Shown here: positions 20,023 through 31,453 of the stretch, one piece after another | Numbering within the stretch: position 1 is the stretch's first letter | Layout: every line of letters begins with the position of its first letter | Assembly (NCBI GenBank): GCA_963758635.1 | Contig: CAVWWD010000001.1 | Span: 1-64,000 of the forward strand | DNA: 64,000 nucleotides | Reading direction: 5' to 3' | Source: an uncultured Candidatus Rokubacteria bacterium | Lineage (GTDB): Bacteria; Methylomirabilota; Methylomirabilia; Rokubacteriales; CSP1-6 | Notes under the pieces: generated by a model | Database searches by the model: none | Told to the model about the DNA's origin: nothing | The model's input: only the letters and a program-made list of their open reading frames with translations | Translations under genes and position numbers: made by a program

Positions 20023-23000
20023 ATGATCTGCGCAGGATGCAGCCACGAGGCCGGCCCGCGCGCACGATTCTGCGAGGCCTGTGGCGCGCCCCTCGCACCC
20101 TCCGCCGCGGCTGCGGACCCGCCTACCCGATCGGCCCAGGATTCCCGGGCGCGGGCGTACGCGGCGCTGCCCGCTCTCATCGCGTTCCTGCAGCGTGAGG
20201 GCCGCGTGTCCTATCGAGCGCTCGCGCACGTCTTCAACGGCGACCAGGCATTCCTCGACGCGGCGCGGGAGGAGCTCACCTTCAAGCGGCTTGCCCGGGA
20301 CGAGGACGGGCAGGGCCTTGTCTGGACGGCCGAGCCCCTGCCCGGCCTCGCGGCGACCGCGGACCGCGCGCGCGCGCAGCCCGCCTCACCGGACGCGGCC
20401 GCGACTCGGCCACCCGCCGCCCGGCGCCCGAGGACATCGGGCAGGCAGGGCGGCGCCAGCTCACGGTGATGTTCTGCGACCTCGCGGACTCGACCGTCCT
20501 GGCCGGCCGGCTCGATGCCGAGGACCTGCGCGAGGTCATCCGCGCCTACCAGGCGACCGCCGCCGAGGTCATCCAGCGCTTCGCGGGCCACATCGCGCAA
20601 TACCTGGGGGACGGGCTGCTCGTCTACCTGGGCTGGCCGGAGGCGCACGAGAACGACGCGGCGCGCGCCGTGCATGCCGGCCTCGGGATCGTGGAGGCCA
20701 TCGCCACGACGCTCAACCCCCGTCTGGCTCCGGGACAAGGGCGTACAGCTGGCGGTGCGCGTGGGCATCCACACGGGGCCGGTGGTGGTGGGCGCGATGG
20801 GCGGGGACGGCCGGCGCGAGAACCTCGCCACGGGAGAGACGGTCAACATCGCGGCCCGCCTGGAAGGGCTGGCCGCCCCCAACACGGTGGTCATCAGCCA
20901 GGCGACGAGCCGGCTCGTGCACGACACCTTTGCCCTGGAGGCGCTGGGTCCCGACGAGGCTCAAGGGCGTGGCGGAGCCGATGCCGGTCTACCGCGTGCG
21001 GGGTCTTGCGGAAGCGGACGAGGCCGAGCCCCGGCCGATGAGCGCGCCGTTCGTGGTGGGGCGGGGCGAGGAGGTGGGGCTGCTGCGCCGCCTCTGGGAG
21101 CAATGCAAGGAGGGCCTCGGGCACGCGGTGCTCGTGAGCGGGACGGCGGGCATCGGCAAGTCGACCGTGGTCGAGATCCTGCGCGCCCACGTCAGGGAGG
21201 AGGGGCTGCCGCGCATCGTCTTTCGCTGTTCGCCCTATCACCAGAACATCGCCCTCTATCCGCTGGTGACCCACATCGAGACCCTGCTCCAGGTCGGGCG
21301 AGGGGAGCCGCCCGAGGTCAAGCTCCAGAAGCTCGCGGAGGTGCTCGGGCGATCCGGGTTGCCGCTCGAGGAAGCCGTCCCGCTGTTCGCCGAGTTGCTC
21401 TCTCTCCCGCTCCCGGAGGGGCGCTATCCCGCCCTCGACCTGTCGCCCGAGCAGCTCAGGCAGCGCACGTTCGACACGATCGTGGCCTGGCTCCTGGCCG
21501 AGGCGGAGCGACACCCGGTGCTGACGGCGTGGGAGGACCTGCACTGGGCGGATCCCTCGACGCTGGAGGTGCTGGGGCTCGTGCTCGAGCAGACCCCGAC
21601 GGTGCCCATGCTCCACGTGCTCACGTTCCGGCCCGAGTTCGAGGAACCGTGGCCCCGCCGCTCGCACATGACGCCGATCACCCTCAACCGGCTGGAGCGC
21701 CCGCAGGTCGAGGCCCTCATCACGCACCGGGCGGGCGGCAAGGCGCTGCCCGCCGAGGTCGTCTCCCACATCGTCGCCAAGACGGATGGGGTGCCGCTGT
21801 ACGTCGAAGAGCTGACGAAGATGCTGCTGGACTCGTCCCTGCTGCGCCCCGAAGGGGATCGGTATCTGTTGACGGGCCCGCTCTCCGCGGTGTCCATCCC
21901 CGACACGCTGCAGGACTCGCTCATGGCCCGGCTGGACCAGCTCCGGGCGGCCAAGGAGGTGGCTCAGCTCGGGGCGGTGCTGGGCCGGGAGTTCGCCTAC
22001 GACGTTCCTGCAGGCCATCGCGCCGATGGATGAGGCCGCCTTGCAGGACGGGCTGCGCAAGCTGGTGGAGGCGGAGCTGCTCTACCAGCGGGGCCGCCCG
22101 CCGCGGGCCCGCTACCTCTTCAAGCACGCCTTGATCCAGGACGCCGCCTATGCGTCGCTCCTGCGCAGCGCGCGCCAGCAGGTCCACGCCAGCGTCGCGC
22201 AGGCCCTGATGGAGAAGCTCCCCGAGCTGGCGGAGACCCAGCCCGAGCTGCTCGCTCACCACTACACGCAGGCCGGTCTCCTCGCGCCAGCCCTGGATCG
22301 CTGGCAGGCGGCGGCCGAGCGCGCGGTGCACCGCTCCGCCTACGTGGAGGCCATTCACTCCATCGACCAGGCCCTGGCCCAGCTCGCCCAGCTACCCCCG
22401 GACGAGGCGCGCGACCGGCGCGAGCTGGAGCTTCAGGCGATGAAGCTCGGCCCGCTCCAACCGGTCAAGGGGTATTCGACGCCGGAGATCGACGCCGTCT
22501 CCGGCCGCGCGCTCACCCTGTGCCGGAGCCTTGGAGACCGCGCGAAGCTGTTCCCCGTCCTGTACGCGCGCTGGGCCTCCCAGTACGTGGCGGGCCGGAA
22601 CCGCGAGGCTTTCGTGCTCTCGCGAGAGTACCTGGAGGCGGCGCGAGCGTCCGGCGATGACGCGGCCTTGATCGTCGGACAGCGACTCCACGCCGCCGGG
22701 CTGTTCATGCGGGGTGACGCGGAAGGGGCGCGCGGGCTCGCGCGCGAGGCCGTGCAGCTCTACGTTCCGGAGCGGCACCGGCCGTTGATCGCGCGCTTCG
22801 GCCAGGATCTGCGGGCGCAGAGCCTCATCTATGTCGCGCTCAGCCAGGCGCTCCTGGGTCGGATCGACGAGGCGCGGGCCCTCGGTGACGAGGCGATCGC
22901 GCATGCCCGGAGCGTCGATCACCTCAACACACTGGGGTACACGCTCTTTCACTGCGGCGTGTGGCTCCGGGCCATTCTTCGTGAGACAGACGCCCTGCGT

Positions 23001-23547
23001 CGCCATGGCGCCGAGCTGCTCGATCTCGCGCGCGAGCACCGCCTGGGGTTCTGGCGGGCGATCGTCACGCCGTACCTCTTGGAGGCGGAGGAGGCGGAAC
23101 GGGCGGTGAGCGGTTTTTCGGCGCGAGTTCAACGCCGGGTTGACGGTGCCGCAGCTACTCTGCCGCGTGGCCGACAGCTACGTGGCCACGGGCCGGACGG
23201 GAGACGCCGCACGCGTGCTGGCCGAGGCCCGGGAGCTCATGGAGCAGCACGGCGACGTGTACTGGGAGCCCGAGCGGCTGCGGCTGAGCGGCCGGCTCGC
23301 CATGGCCGAGGGCGCGGCCGTCGAGGCGGTCGCCGCGTTCGAGCAGGCCCTTCGGCTCGCGCGCGAGCGCGGCGCGCATCTGCTCGAGCTGCGCGCCGCC
23401 GTCGACCTCGCGCGGCTGCAGGCGGCGCAGGGCCAACCGCTGGAAGCACGGAAGGTGCTCGCGCCGGTCTACGCCTTGTTCGCCGACGGGGCCGACATGG
23501 CGGACGTGCAGGACGCCCGCGCGGTGCTGGCGGGCCTGGACGGGTAG
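20023..23547 (+). CDS. Zn-ribbon + class III adenylate/guanylate cyclase + AAA/STAND ATPase + TPR protein (about five frameshifts)
   Basis: CAGC..FCEACG, TVMFCDLADST, YLGDG, GETVNIAARL, GTAGIGKS, WEDLHWADPST, TDGVPLYVEE, FKHALIQDAAY, LELRAAVDL; spread over six ORF fragments. Confidence 0.85.
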
Positions 23548-23572
23548 CGGCGCCTCGCTCCAGCTCCCGCGC

Positions 23573-25582
23573 ATGCTCCTATACGCCTCCACCAGCTTTC
23601 TGAGCGCCTTCCTGCTCTTCGTCGTCCAGCCGGTCATCGCCAAGCAGATCCTGCCCTGGTTCGGCGGGGCAGCGGCGGTCTGGGCGACCTGCCTCGTGTT
23701 CTTCCAGTCCGTGCTCCTGCTGGGGTACGCCTACGCGGACTGGACGGCTCGCCGCCTCTCGCCTCGCGGCCAGGCCTGGCTGCACGTGATCCTCCTGGCG
23801 GTGAGCCTGGCCGCGCTGCCCATCGTCCCGGCCGACCGGTGGAAGCCCGGCGCGGCCAGCGAGCCCGCGCTCTTGATCCTCGGGCTGCTCGCCGCGACCA
23901 TCGGGCTCCCGTATCTCCTCCTGTCCGCCACCAGCCCGCTGGTGCAGGCGTGGTTCTGGCGCCGCTACCGGCACGCGGCGCCGTACCGGTTGTTCGCGCT
24001 CTCGAACCTCGCGTCGCTCCTCGGGCTGCTCTGCTATCCCGTGCTCGTGGAGCCCACCCTGGCGCTGTCGACGCAGTCGGCGGCGTGGTCGATCGGCTAC
24101 GTCGCCTTCGCCGTGCTGTGCGGCGCCACGGCGCTCGCGACCCCTCGCGACGCCGCGCCTGCCCCGGCGGCGGCGGAGGCGGGGACCGCTCGCGCCGCCT
24201 CGCCCGCGGCCCGTGAACGGCTCCTGTGGGTGGCGCTCTCGGCGATGGGCTCGTGCCTGCTCCTCGCCGTCACCAACCACCTCACGCAGAACGTCGCGTC
24301 CGTGCCGTTCCTGTGGGTGGCGCCGCTGTCGCTCTATCTCGTCACGTTCATCCTGGCGTTCGATCACCCGCGCTGGTACCGCCGGGAGGTCTTCCTGCCC
24401 GCGACGGCGATCCTGCTGCCGGCCATGGCGTGGTACGGCGACTCGCTCGACCTGTGGACGACGGCGCCGCTGCACGCCGTCGGGCTGTTCGCCTGCTGCA
24501 TGTTCTGTCACGGCGAGCTCGCGCGGCTCGCGCCGGCCCCGGAGCGCCTCACGACGTTCTACCTCATGCTCGCGCTGGGCGGGGCGGTGGGCGCGTTCCT
24601 CGTGGGGATCGCCGCGCCCAACCTGCTCTCCGGGCCCTTCGAGCTCGGCATCGCGCTGGTGGCGTGCGCGCTGCTGCTGGTGCTCCGGTCGCGCGCGCTC
24701 GGCTGGTGGGTGGCCTCGGCGTCCGCCGTGGTCCTCGCCGGCACGGCCATCCTGGTGGCGGTCAACGTCCGGAGCTACTTCGAGGACACTCGCCTGACCG
24801 CGCGCTCCTTCTACGGCGTCCTGCGCACGCGGGACTTCGCTTCGCCCACGCCGTACCGGGCGCTGTACCACGGCGCGATCGATCACGGGGGGCAGCTCCT
24901 CGCGCCCGAGCGGCGCTCGGAGCCGAGCAGCTACTTCGGCCGTGCCAGCGGCTACGGGCGCGCCTTCGCGAGCCTGCCCGCCTCGCCGCGCCGCGTCGGG
25001 GTGATCGGGCTCGGCGCGGGCGCCCTCATGGCGTACGCGAGGAAGGGCGACGTCTTCCGCTTCTACGAGATCGATCCGAAGGTCGTTCGGATCGCGTCCA
25101 CCGAGTTCACCTTCCTGCGCGACAGCCCGGCACGGGTGGAGGTCGTGGTGGGGGACGGCCGGCTCGCGCTGGAGCGCGAGGCGAGCCAGGAGTTCGACCT
25201 CCTCGGCATCGATGCCTTCTCCGGCGACGCGATCCCCATGCACCTCTTGACCCGGGAGGCCATGGCGATCTACCTGCGCCACGTGAAGCCCGACGGGGTG
25301 ATCGTGTTCCAGGCGACCAATCGCTTCGTGGACATCGCGCCGGTGGTGGAGCGGCTGGCCGCGTCGTTCGGATGGAGCGCGGTGCTCGTCTCGGACTTGC
25401 CCGAGGCGTCCGATCGCGAGCAGTTCCGCGTCTCCGGCACCGCCCAGATCATCGTGACGCGTAACCGGGCGCTGCTCGAGGCGGAGCCCATCGCGTCGGT
25501 GGCCGAGCCGATCCCCGCGCAGCCCCGCTTCCCGGTGTGGACCGACGACTTCCACAATCTCCTGAGCGTCCTCAAGCCGTAG
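23573..25582 (+). CDS. Fused multi-pass membrane / spermidine synthase-like SAM-dependent methyltransferase
   Basis: FLSAFLLF.VQP, LPWFGG, CHGEL; VIGLGAG, YEIDP, GDGR, DAFSGDAIP.HLLT, WTDDF. Confidence 0.88.
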   Translation: MLLYASTSFLSAFLLFVVQPVIAKQILPWFGGAAAVWATCLVFFQSVLLLGYAYADWTARRLSPRGQAWLHVILLAVSLAALPIVPADRWKPGAASEPALLILGLLAATIGLPYLLLSATSPLVQAWFWRRYRHAAPYRLFALSNLASLLGLLCYPVLVEPTLALSTQSAAWSIGYVAFAVLCGATALATPRDAAPAPAAAEAGTARAASPAARERLLWVALSAMGSCLLLAVTNHLTQNVASVPFLWVAPLSLYLVTFILAFDHPRWYRREVFLPATAILLPAMAWYGDSLDLWTTAPLHAVGLFACCMFCHGELARLAPAPERLTTFYLMLALGGAVGAFLVGIAAPNLLSGPFELGIALVACALLLVLRSRALGWWVASASAVVLAGTAILVAVNVRSYFEDTRLTARSFYGVLRTRDFASPTPYRALYHGAIDHGGQLLAPERRSEPSSYFGRASGYGRAFASLPASPRRVGVIGLGAGALMAYARKGDVFRFYEIDPKVVRIASTEFTFLRDSPARVEVVVGDGRLALEREASQEFDLLGIDAFSGDAIPMHLLTREAMAIYLRHVKPDGVIVFQATNRFVDIAPVVERLAASFGWSAVLVSDLPEASDREQFRVSGTAQIIVTRNRALLEAEPIASVAEPIPAQPRFPVWTDDFHNLLSVLKP

Positions 25583-25596
25583 GTGCTGGACCGCCT

Positions 25597-27039
25597 CTAG
25601 TTCGAGCCATCCCCCTTCGCCCACTCGACGACCGCGTCGCCGACGCGCCGCCCGAGGGCAAGGCCGTTCTGGTTGTCCCAGCGCCAATGGATCCGGGCCC
25701 ACCAGCGGCTCATCGCCAGCTCCTCCGCGCGGCTCCGGATCGCCCGGGCATCGCGCGGGAAGAGGTACTCGAGCACCCGGGACGTCGCGCCCTCGATGCA
25801 CGAGTGCCCCGACGGGTACGCGGGCTGGTTGGGAGTGGTGAAGGTCGGCGTGATGGCCGGGTCGATCTGGAACGGGCGGGGATACCAGTAGATGTAGCGG
25901 GTGCCCCAGCAGGCCACCACGGTGTCGAAGGAGGCGATGCTCGTGAGGGCGTAAGCCCGCGCGGCCCGTGGCGGGTTCTGATCCCAGCGGTACTCGAACA
26001 ACTTCTCGGACAGCTGCGGCGCCCAGAGGAGGTGGTTGAGCTTCGCATAGTGATACGCGATCTGCTCGGTGGCCTTCGCTCCCTGATCAGGGGCCGGCCG
26101 GCCCGCGGGGTCGTCGGGCCAGAAGATCCCGTTCGGCTGGCCTGTCGGCTTGAAGGCTTTCATCTCCGCGACCGCCATGGCCATCTCGGGGCCGTTCCAG
26201 GCGGGCGGGTCCGGAATGCTCGACTTGGCGTCCCACGCGGCGATCCAGGTCTTCCACGTTCCCGCCATCGGGAAGTTCGGGTTCGAGCCGGTCCACTTCC
26301 CGGGCTCCGTGGGTACGGTTCCCGTCCAGGGCACGTCGAAGCCGTCGCGTCGCGCGCGGGCCACCACGCGCTCCCCCACCGCGCGCCCCAGCTCCAGACC
26401 GGCCTTGACGTCGCTCGGGAACTCCGTTCCGGCCAGCAGCCGCGAGCGTGCCGCCTCCTCGGCCCTGGCGGCGAAGAGCGGGGCGTCCTCCGGCATCACA
26501 TACGCCAGCACCACTGACGCCGCGCCAGCCGCCACCGTGTGCTCCGAGGGATAGGAGGGCGAACGAGGGATCGGCAGCGCGGGGGACAGCGCCGGATCGA
26601 TCTCGCTCGGCCGGCGGCGGCCATGGTGGTATTTCGAGTCCCAGGCCGCGATGGTCGCATCGTGGATGGCAACGCTGACGAGGGTCATCATCCGGTAGTT
26701 GCCGTGAGGACCGATCGTCCCGATGCGCTTGAGTCCCTGCGACATGGCGATGTCGATCCACCGGTAGCCGGGAGATCCTGCGTCCCAGTAGTTGATTTGG
26801 TTCAGGACGTCCGCGTTTCGCTGACCGGCGAGTAACCGGAGCTGACCGAGCTCCGCCCGCGTGGCCGCGGCCCCGGGCGGCGGCGGCAGCCGAAGCTCGC
26901 TGCCCGACGCGAGGACGTGGGTCTTCCAGGTTCCCGCACGGGGCTCGACCGGTCCCGTCTGGGCCCAGCCCGGCGGGACGAGCGCCGCGAAAAGGATGAG
27001 CCAGCTGGTCAGGATCACCGCGTAGCGATGCGTGCCCAT
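25597..27039 (-). CDS. Secreted tandem-domain PAP2/vanadium-dependent haloperoxidase-like protein (copy 1)
   Basis: Signal-peptide-like N-terminus. Two sets of motifs: SKYHHGRRRP/YPSEH/SRLLAGTEFPSD and TRYIYWYPRP/YPSGH/SRWWARIHWRWD. Confidence 0.85.
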   Translation of the reverse strand: MGTHRYAVILTSWLILFAALVPPGWAQTGPVEPRAGTWKTHVLASGSELRLPPPPGAAATRAELGQLRLLAGQRNADVLNQINYWDAGSPGYRWIDIAMSQGLKRIGTIGPHGNYRMMTLVSVAIHDATIAAWDSKYHHGRRRPSEIDPALSPALPIPRSPSYPSEHTVAAGAASVVLAYVMPEDAPLFAARAEEAARSRLLAGTEFPSDVKAGLELGRAVGERVVARARRDGFDVPWTGTVPTEPGKWTGSNPNFPMAGTWKTWIAAWDAKSSIPDPPAWNGPEMAMAVAEMKAFKPTGQPNGIFWPDDPAGRPAPDQGAKATEQIAYHYAKLNHLLWAPQLSEKLFEYRWDQNPPRAARAYALTSIASFDTVVACWGTRYIYWYPRPFQIDPAITPTFTTPNQPAYPSGHSCIEGATSRVLEYLFPRDARAIRSRAEELAMSRWWARIHWRWDNQNGLALGRRVGDAVVEWAKGDGSN

Positions 27040-27256
27040 GGTTGCCCTCCTTCGAGGCGCCGCGGGGCGCCGGCTTCCGTCAGGTTCTGCAGTCGCCCGG
27101 GTCATGCCGCGCTCCCGGCGATGCATCGACCCGGTCGGCTTGCGTTCCGGGTCGTCGTTGTGCCAGACAGTAGGAGCGTCGGCGGCGTGAAGTCCCGGGA
27201 GAACCGTGGGATTTCTGTTGGAAGCTTGCTAGGAGCCGAACCTGGCGGAAACCCGG

Positions 27257-30097
27257 ATGGAGAAAGAGATTCGCTTCGGTCGCCACCAGTTCGAGCCGCG
27301 GACCGGAAGGCTCTGGGCCGGCCGGCGGGAGGTCAAGCTCACCCCGAAGGCCGCCGCGGTCCTCTCGGCGCTGATCGCCAACCCGGGACAGCCGGTGACG
27401 CGAGAGCAGCTGTTCCTGTTGGTGTGGGGTGACACCGTCGTCGGCGACGCGGCGCTCACCTCCTGCATCCAGGAGCTGCGCGAAGCGCTTGGTGACGACG
27501 CCAGGCAGCCTCGATTCATCGAGACCCGGCATCGCCGTGGCTACCGGTTCGTGGCTCCGCTCCTCCCTCCGCCGCCCGGCGCGGTCATCGCTGATGAGCG
27601 GCCGGCGCGCCTTGTGCCCCAGGCATCCCCGGTCGTCGTGGGTCGCGAGCGGGTCCTGAGCGTTCTCGGCGCCTATCTCGACCGAGCCTCGGAGGGCCAG
27701 CGGCAGCTCGTCTTCGTCACCGGCGAGCCCGGCATCGGGAAGACAACGGTCGTCGAGGCGTTCCTCGCCGAAGCGGCCCTCCGCGAAGGGCTACGCCTCG
27801 GCCAGGGGCGTTGCATCGAGCACTATGGCGCCGGCGAGGCGTTCCTCCCCATCCTGGAAGCCGTAGCCCGGCTCTGCCGGGAGCCCGGGGGCAAGGATCT
27901 CATCCGCGTGCTCCGCCAGTACGCGCCGACGTGGCTCGTGCAGATGCCGTCGCTCGTCGCCCCCGCCGAGCTGAAATCCCTCCAGCGGCAGACCTCGGGC
28001 GTCGCCCGTGAGCGGATGCTGCGCGAGCTGACCGAAGCGGTGGAGGCCCTGACCGCTGTGCAGCCGCTGGTGCTGTGGCTCGAGGATCTCCACTGGAGCG
28101 ACGTTTCGACCCTGGACTGGCTGGCCTACGTGGCGCGGAGACCCGGACCCGCGCGGCTTTTGCTGCTCGGCGTGTACCGACCCGCGGAAGCCCTGTCCCG
28201 CGGGCACCCGCTCCAGGCGGTCAAGGACGAGCTGGAGGTGCACGGGTGTTGTCAGGAGCTCCCCCTGACGCTCTTGGAGCAGTCGGCCGTCAGGGAGTAT
28301 TTGACCCGGCGCTTCCCACCCGTCGCCTCCCACGCGCCCGCGCTCGCCGCACTCTCGCGGGTGATCCACCAGCGCACCGACGGCAACCCTCTCTTCGTCG
28401 TCAACGTCGTAGCCGACCTGGTTTCCAGCGGTGCGCTCGTGGACCGCGACGGGCTCTGGGAGGTGGCCCAGGCCCCCGAGAGCACGCAGCTCGCCATCCC
28501 CAACGATGTCCGCGCGATGATCGCCCGGCAGCTGGACCGGGTGCGCCCGGATGAGAGGCGGCTCCTCGAGGTTGCCAGCGCCGCTGGCGCAGAGTTCGCC
28601 GCCGCCGCCGTGGCCGCCGCCGCCGACATAGCCCTCGAGGAGGCCGACGCCGGCTGCGCCCACCTGGCCCGGCGCGCGTCGTTCCTCGCCGCGCGGGGCA
28701 CGGACCTCTGGCCGGACGGCACGCTGAGCGGTCGCTACGGCTTTCGCCACGCGCTCTACCAAGAGGTGGTCTACGAGCACGTGCTAGCGGGTCGCCGCGC
28801 GGAGCACCATCGGCGGATCGGCCTGCGCCTCGAGGCTGCCTTCGGGGAGGAGGCCGACGAGATCGCGACCGAGCTGGCGATGCACTTCCAGCGGGCGCGC
28901 GAAGTTCCGCGGGCCATCCGCTACCTGCATCGCGCCGGGCACATCGCCACCCAACGCAGCGCGGCTCGCGAGGCCGTCACGCATCTGACGCAGGCGCTCG
29001 AGTTGATCGGTGCGCTGCCGGACTCGCCGTCGCGGACCCAGGAGGAGATTGCGCTTCAGATCGCCCTCGGCCCTCCGCTCATGGCGATGGAGGGCTGGGG
29101 CGCTCCCGAGGTGGAGCGAGCCTACGCGCGAGCCCAGGAGCTGTGCGAGCGCCTGGGGGACCCACCGGAGCTGTTCCCGGCGCTCTGGGGCCTCTGGCAG
29201 TTCCGGGCAAGCCGCGCCGAGCTCGGCGCGGCGCGAACCCTTGGCGAGCGCCTCCTGACACTGGCCCGCCGTACCGACGACGCCGGCATCCGGGTGCAGG
29301 CGCACCATGCGCTGTGGACGTCCTTCTTCTCGCTGGGCGAGCTGCCTGCCGCCCACGATCATATCCGCCAGGGGCTAGCGCTCTACGATGTCGATCGACA
29401 CGCCTCGATGGCGTCCGCCTACGGCCACGATGCCGGCGTGTGCGCCCTCTCGATCGGCGCGTGGACGCTCGAGCTGCTCGGCGAGTCGGAGCGTGCCACG
29501 CAGTACAGCCGAGACGCCCTCGCCCTGGCCCGGAAGCTCGATCATCCGTTCAGCGAGACCCATGCGTTCGTCCTCACCGCGGTTCTCTTTCGCTTGCGGG
29601 GCGACTGGTCGGCTGTGCGGCAGCTCGCCGAGAACGCCCGCCGCATCGCGCGCGATCGAGGCTTCGCTCTACTCGACGCTCGCGCGACCATCATGCGGGG
29701 GTGGGCCATGGTCCAGGCCGGGGAGAGCGGAGAGGGGATCGCCGAGATGCGCGACGGGATCGCGGCGGCCCGCTCGAAGGGCGCCAACTTCCTGCCGTAT
29801 TTCCTCGGGTGTCTCGCCGAGGGCCTCGTCAAGGCCGGGCACGTGGAGGCCGCCCTCGACACGGTCACGGAGGCGCTCGCCACCGTGGAGCGGACCGACT
29901 CGCGCTTCTGCGAGGCCGAGCTCCATCGCTTGAAGGGAGAGCTCCTGCTGGCGGCGTGCCGCGATCCTGTCGAGGCGGAGCGGGCTTTCCGGACGGCGCT
30001 CGGTCTCGCGCGCCGGCACGGGGCGCGGATGATGGAGCACCGTGTCGCAGCCAGCCTACGCGAGTTGCCGAATGCTCGGGGCCGAGGCGACCGGTGA
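27257..30097 (+). CDS. Winged-helix (OmpR/CadC-type) + AAA/STAND ATPase + TPR transcriptional regulator (copy 1)
   Basis: LTPKA..VL..L, IQELREALGDD..PRFIET..RRGYRF, GEPGIGKT, LEDLHWSD, TDGNPLF, EAELHRLKGELL. Confidence 0.9.
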   Translation: MEKEIRFGRHQFEPRTGRLWAGRREVKLTPKAAAVLSALIANPGQPVTREQLFLLVWGDTVVGDAALTSCIQELREALGDDARQPRFIETRHRRGYRFVAPLLPPPPGAVIADERPARLVPQASPVVVGRERVLSVLGAYLDRASEGQRQLVFVTGEPGIGKTTVVEAFLAEAALREGLRLGQGRCIEHYGAGEAFLPILEAVARLCREPGGKDLIRVLRQYAPTWLVQMPSLVAPAELKSLQRQTSGVARERMLRELTEAVEALTAVQPLVLWLEDLHWSDVSTLDWLAYVARRPGPARLLLLGVYRPAEALSRGHPLQAVKDELEVHGCCQELPLTLLEQSAVREYLTRRFPPVASHAPALAALSRVIHQRTDGNPLFVVNVVADLVSSGALVDRDGLWEVAQAPESTQLAIPNDVRAMIARQLDRVRPDERRLLEVASAAGAEFAAAAVAAAADIALEEADAGCAHLARRASFLAARGTDLWPDGTLSGRYGFRHALYQEVVYEHVLAGRRAEHHRRIGLRLEAAFGEEADEIATELAMHFQRAREVPRAIRYLHRAGHIATQRSAAREAVTHLTQALELIGALPDSPSRTQEEIALQIALGPPLMAMEGWGAPEVERAYARAQELCERLGDPPELFPALWGLWQFRASRAELGAARTLGERLLTLARRTDDAGIRVQAHHALWTSFFSLGELPAAHDHIRQGLALYDVDRHASMASAYGHDAGVCALSIGAWTLELLGESERATQYSRDALALARKLDHPFSETHAFVLTAVLFRLRGDWSAVRQLAENARRIARDRGFALLDARATIMRGWAMVQAGESGEGIAEMRDGIAAARSKGANFLPYFLGCLAEGLVKAGHVEAALDTVTEALATVERTDSRFCEAELHRLKGELLLAACRDPVEAERAFRTALGLARRHGARMMEHRVAASLRELPNARGRGDR

Positions 30098-30163
30098 CAC
30101 CCAAGGGAAAGCGCGGAAGGTAGCGGCGGCCTCCTTGGATCCGGTGGCGCGGACCGGATGATC

Positions 30164-31267
30164 TCACGGGTCGCGCAGCAGCGCCTCGGCGAGGCGCACC
30201 AGGCGCGCGCCGTCCCGCAGGCGGCCGGGAAGCGACTGCCACAGCGGCCGCGGGCCGGTGTGCTCGAACGTCTCGAGGACCACGGCGTCGGTGCGGCCGC
30301 TCGTGGCGTGGGCCAGGCGCAGGCTCTCGGTGAAGGGGATGGAAGCGTCCCCCATGCCATGGGCGATCAGCAGGCGCCCCGGCAACCGCGGCGCGACCCG
30401 GAGCGGCGAGAGCGCCTGCATGGCCTCGCGCGCGCCTGCGGGCAGCGCGGCGAGCAGCGGCGCGACCGCCTCCTCGCGGCGGTTCCGCACCAGCGCCAGG
30501 ATCGCGCGGCCGCCGGGGCCGAGGCCCGCCTCGACAGGACCGGTGTCGGCGCCCGGGTCGGCGAGCTTCCGCTCGGCGATCTCGCCAAGCCGCCGGCGGT
30601 CGTGCTCATCCTCGGCGAAGCCGACCAGCAGCGCGAGCAGCTTCCAGCGGTTGTACTCCTCCTGCGGCTCGACGTAGCGCCGGCCGGCGAACGCGTGGGT
30701 CCCCGTCGTGAGGTACGTGACGACCGCGTCCAGCTCCGCGTATCCGCCGAAGCTCGCCGTCAACGACAGGCCGGGCGTCCTGGCGGCGGCGAGCAGGGCG
30801 GGACCGGCGCCGAAGCTGAAGCCCACCACGCCCACCGCCGGGGCACGCGCGGCGAGCGCGCCGAGCGCGGCCGCAACGTCGTCGACCTCACGGCCGCCGA
30901 GGCGGAACGCGACCAGCCCCTCGAACTGCGGAACGAGCACGAGGCGCTGGTGGCGCGCCAGCAGCCGGGCCAGGCGCGCCAGGTCGGGGTGACGCCGGCC
31001 CGCGCGGGACAGGCCGTGCACCAGGAGCAGCGCGCCGCGCGGCGCTGCCGGCCGGTAGAGGTCGGCGACGAGGCGCCCCCCGGGGACCTCCACCGATACT
31101 TCCTCCACCGACACGGTGCTCAGGAACGGGGCAATCCACGGCTCGGCGCGCGGCAGAGCGAGCGCGAGCGACAGGCTCGCCGCCGGCCCGAAGCGCAGCA
31201 GGAGCACGGCGAGCGCGGCGGCCAGGGCCACGCCGGCGACGAGGAGCCCGGTCCGTCGGGAGGGCAA
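30164..31267 (-). CDS. Membrane-anchored alpha/beta hydrolase-fold protein
   Basis: N-terminal hydrophobic helix, ADLYRP, LLVHG, nucleophile elbow GFSFG, HG.GD..IP, C-terminal His; TTG start. Confidence 0.7.
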   Translation of the reverse strand: MPSRRTGLLVAGVALAAALAVLLLRFGPAASLSLALALPRAEPWIAPFLSTVSVEEVSVEVPGGRLVADLYRPAAPRGALLLVHGLSRAGRRHPDLARLARLLARHQRLVLVPQFEGLVAFRLGGREVDDVAAALGALAARAPAVGVVGFSFGAGPALLAAARTPGLSLTASFGGYAELDAVVTYLTTGTHAFAGRRYVEPQEEYNRWKLLALLVGFAEDEHDRRRLGEIAERKLADPGADTGPVEAGLGPGGRAILALVRNRREEAVAPLLAALPAGAREAMQALSPLRVAPRLPGRLLIAHGMGDASIPFTESLRLAHATSGRTDAVVLETFEHTGPRPLWQSLPGRLRDGARLVRLAEALLRDP

Positions 31268-31453
31268 GGCCAGATTCTAGCGCGCCGAGATCTGAGCGCG
31301 GCGGACGCGCTTCTTCGCTACGATGGGCCGCCGGCTCTCCCGGCGCGCGATCCGACGCCCGCCCTTGCCGGCAGGGGCGGGGGACGCCGAAACCGTCGAC
31401 GGCCAGCGTGCGGCTCGAAGGGTGGGCGTGACCGAATGATGGAGGAGGACGCC

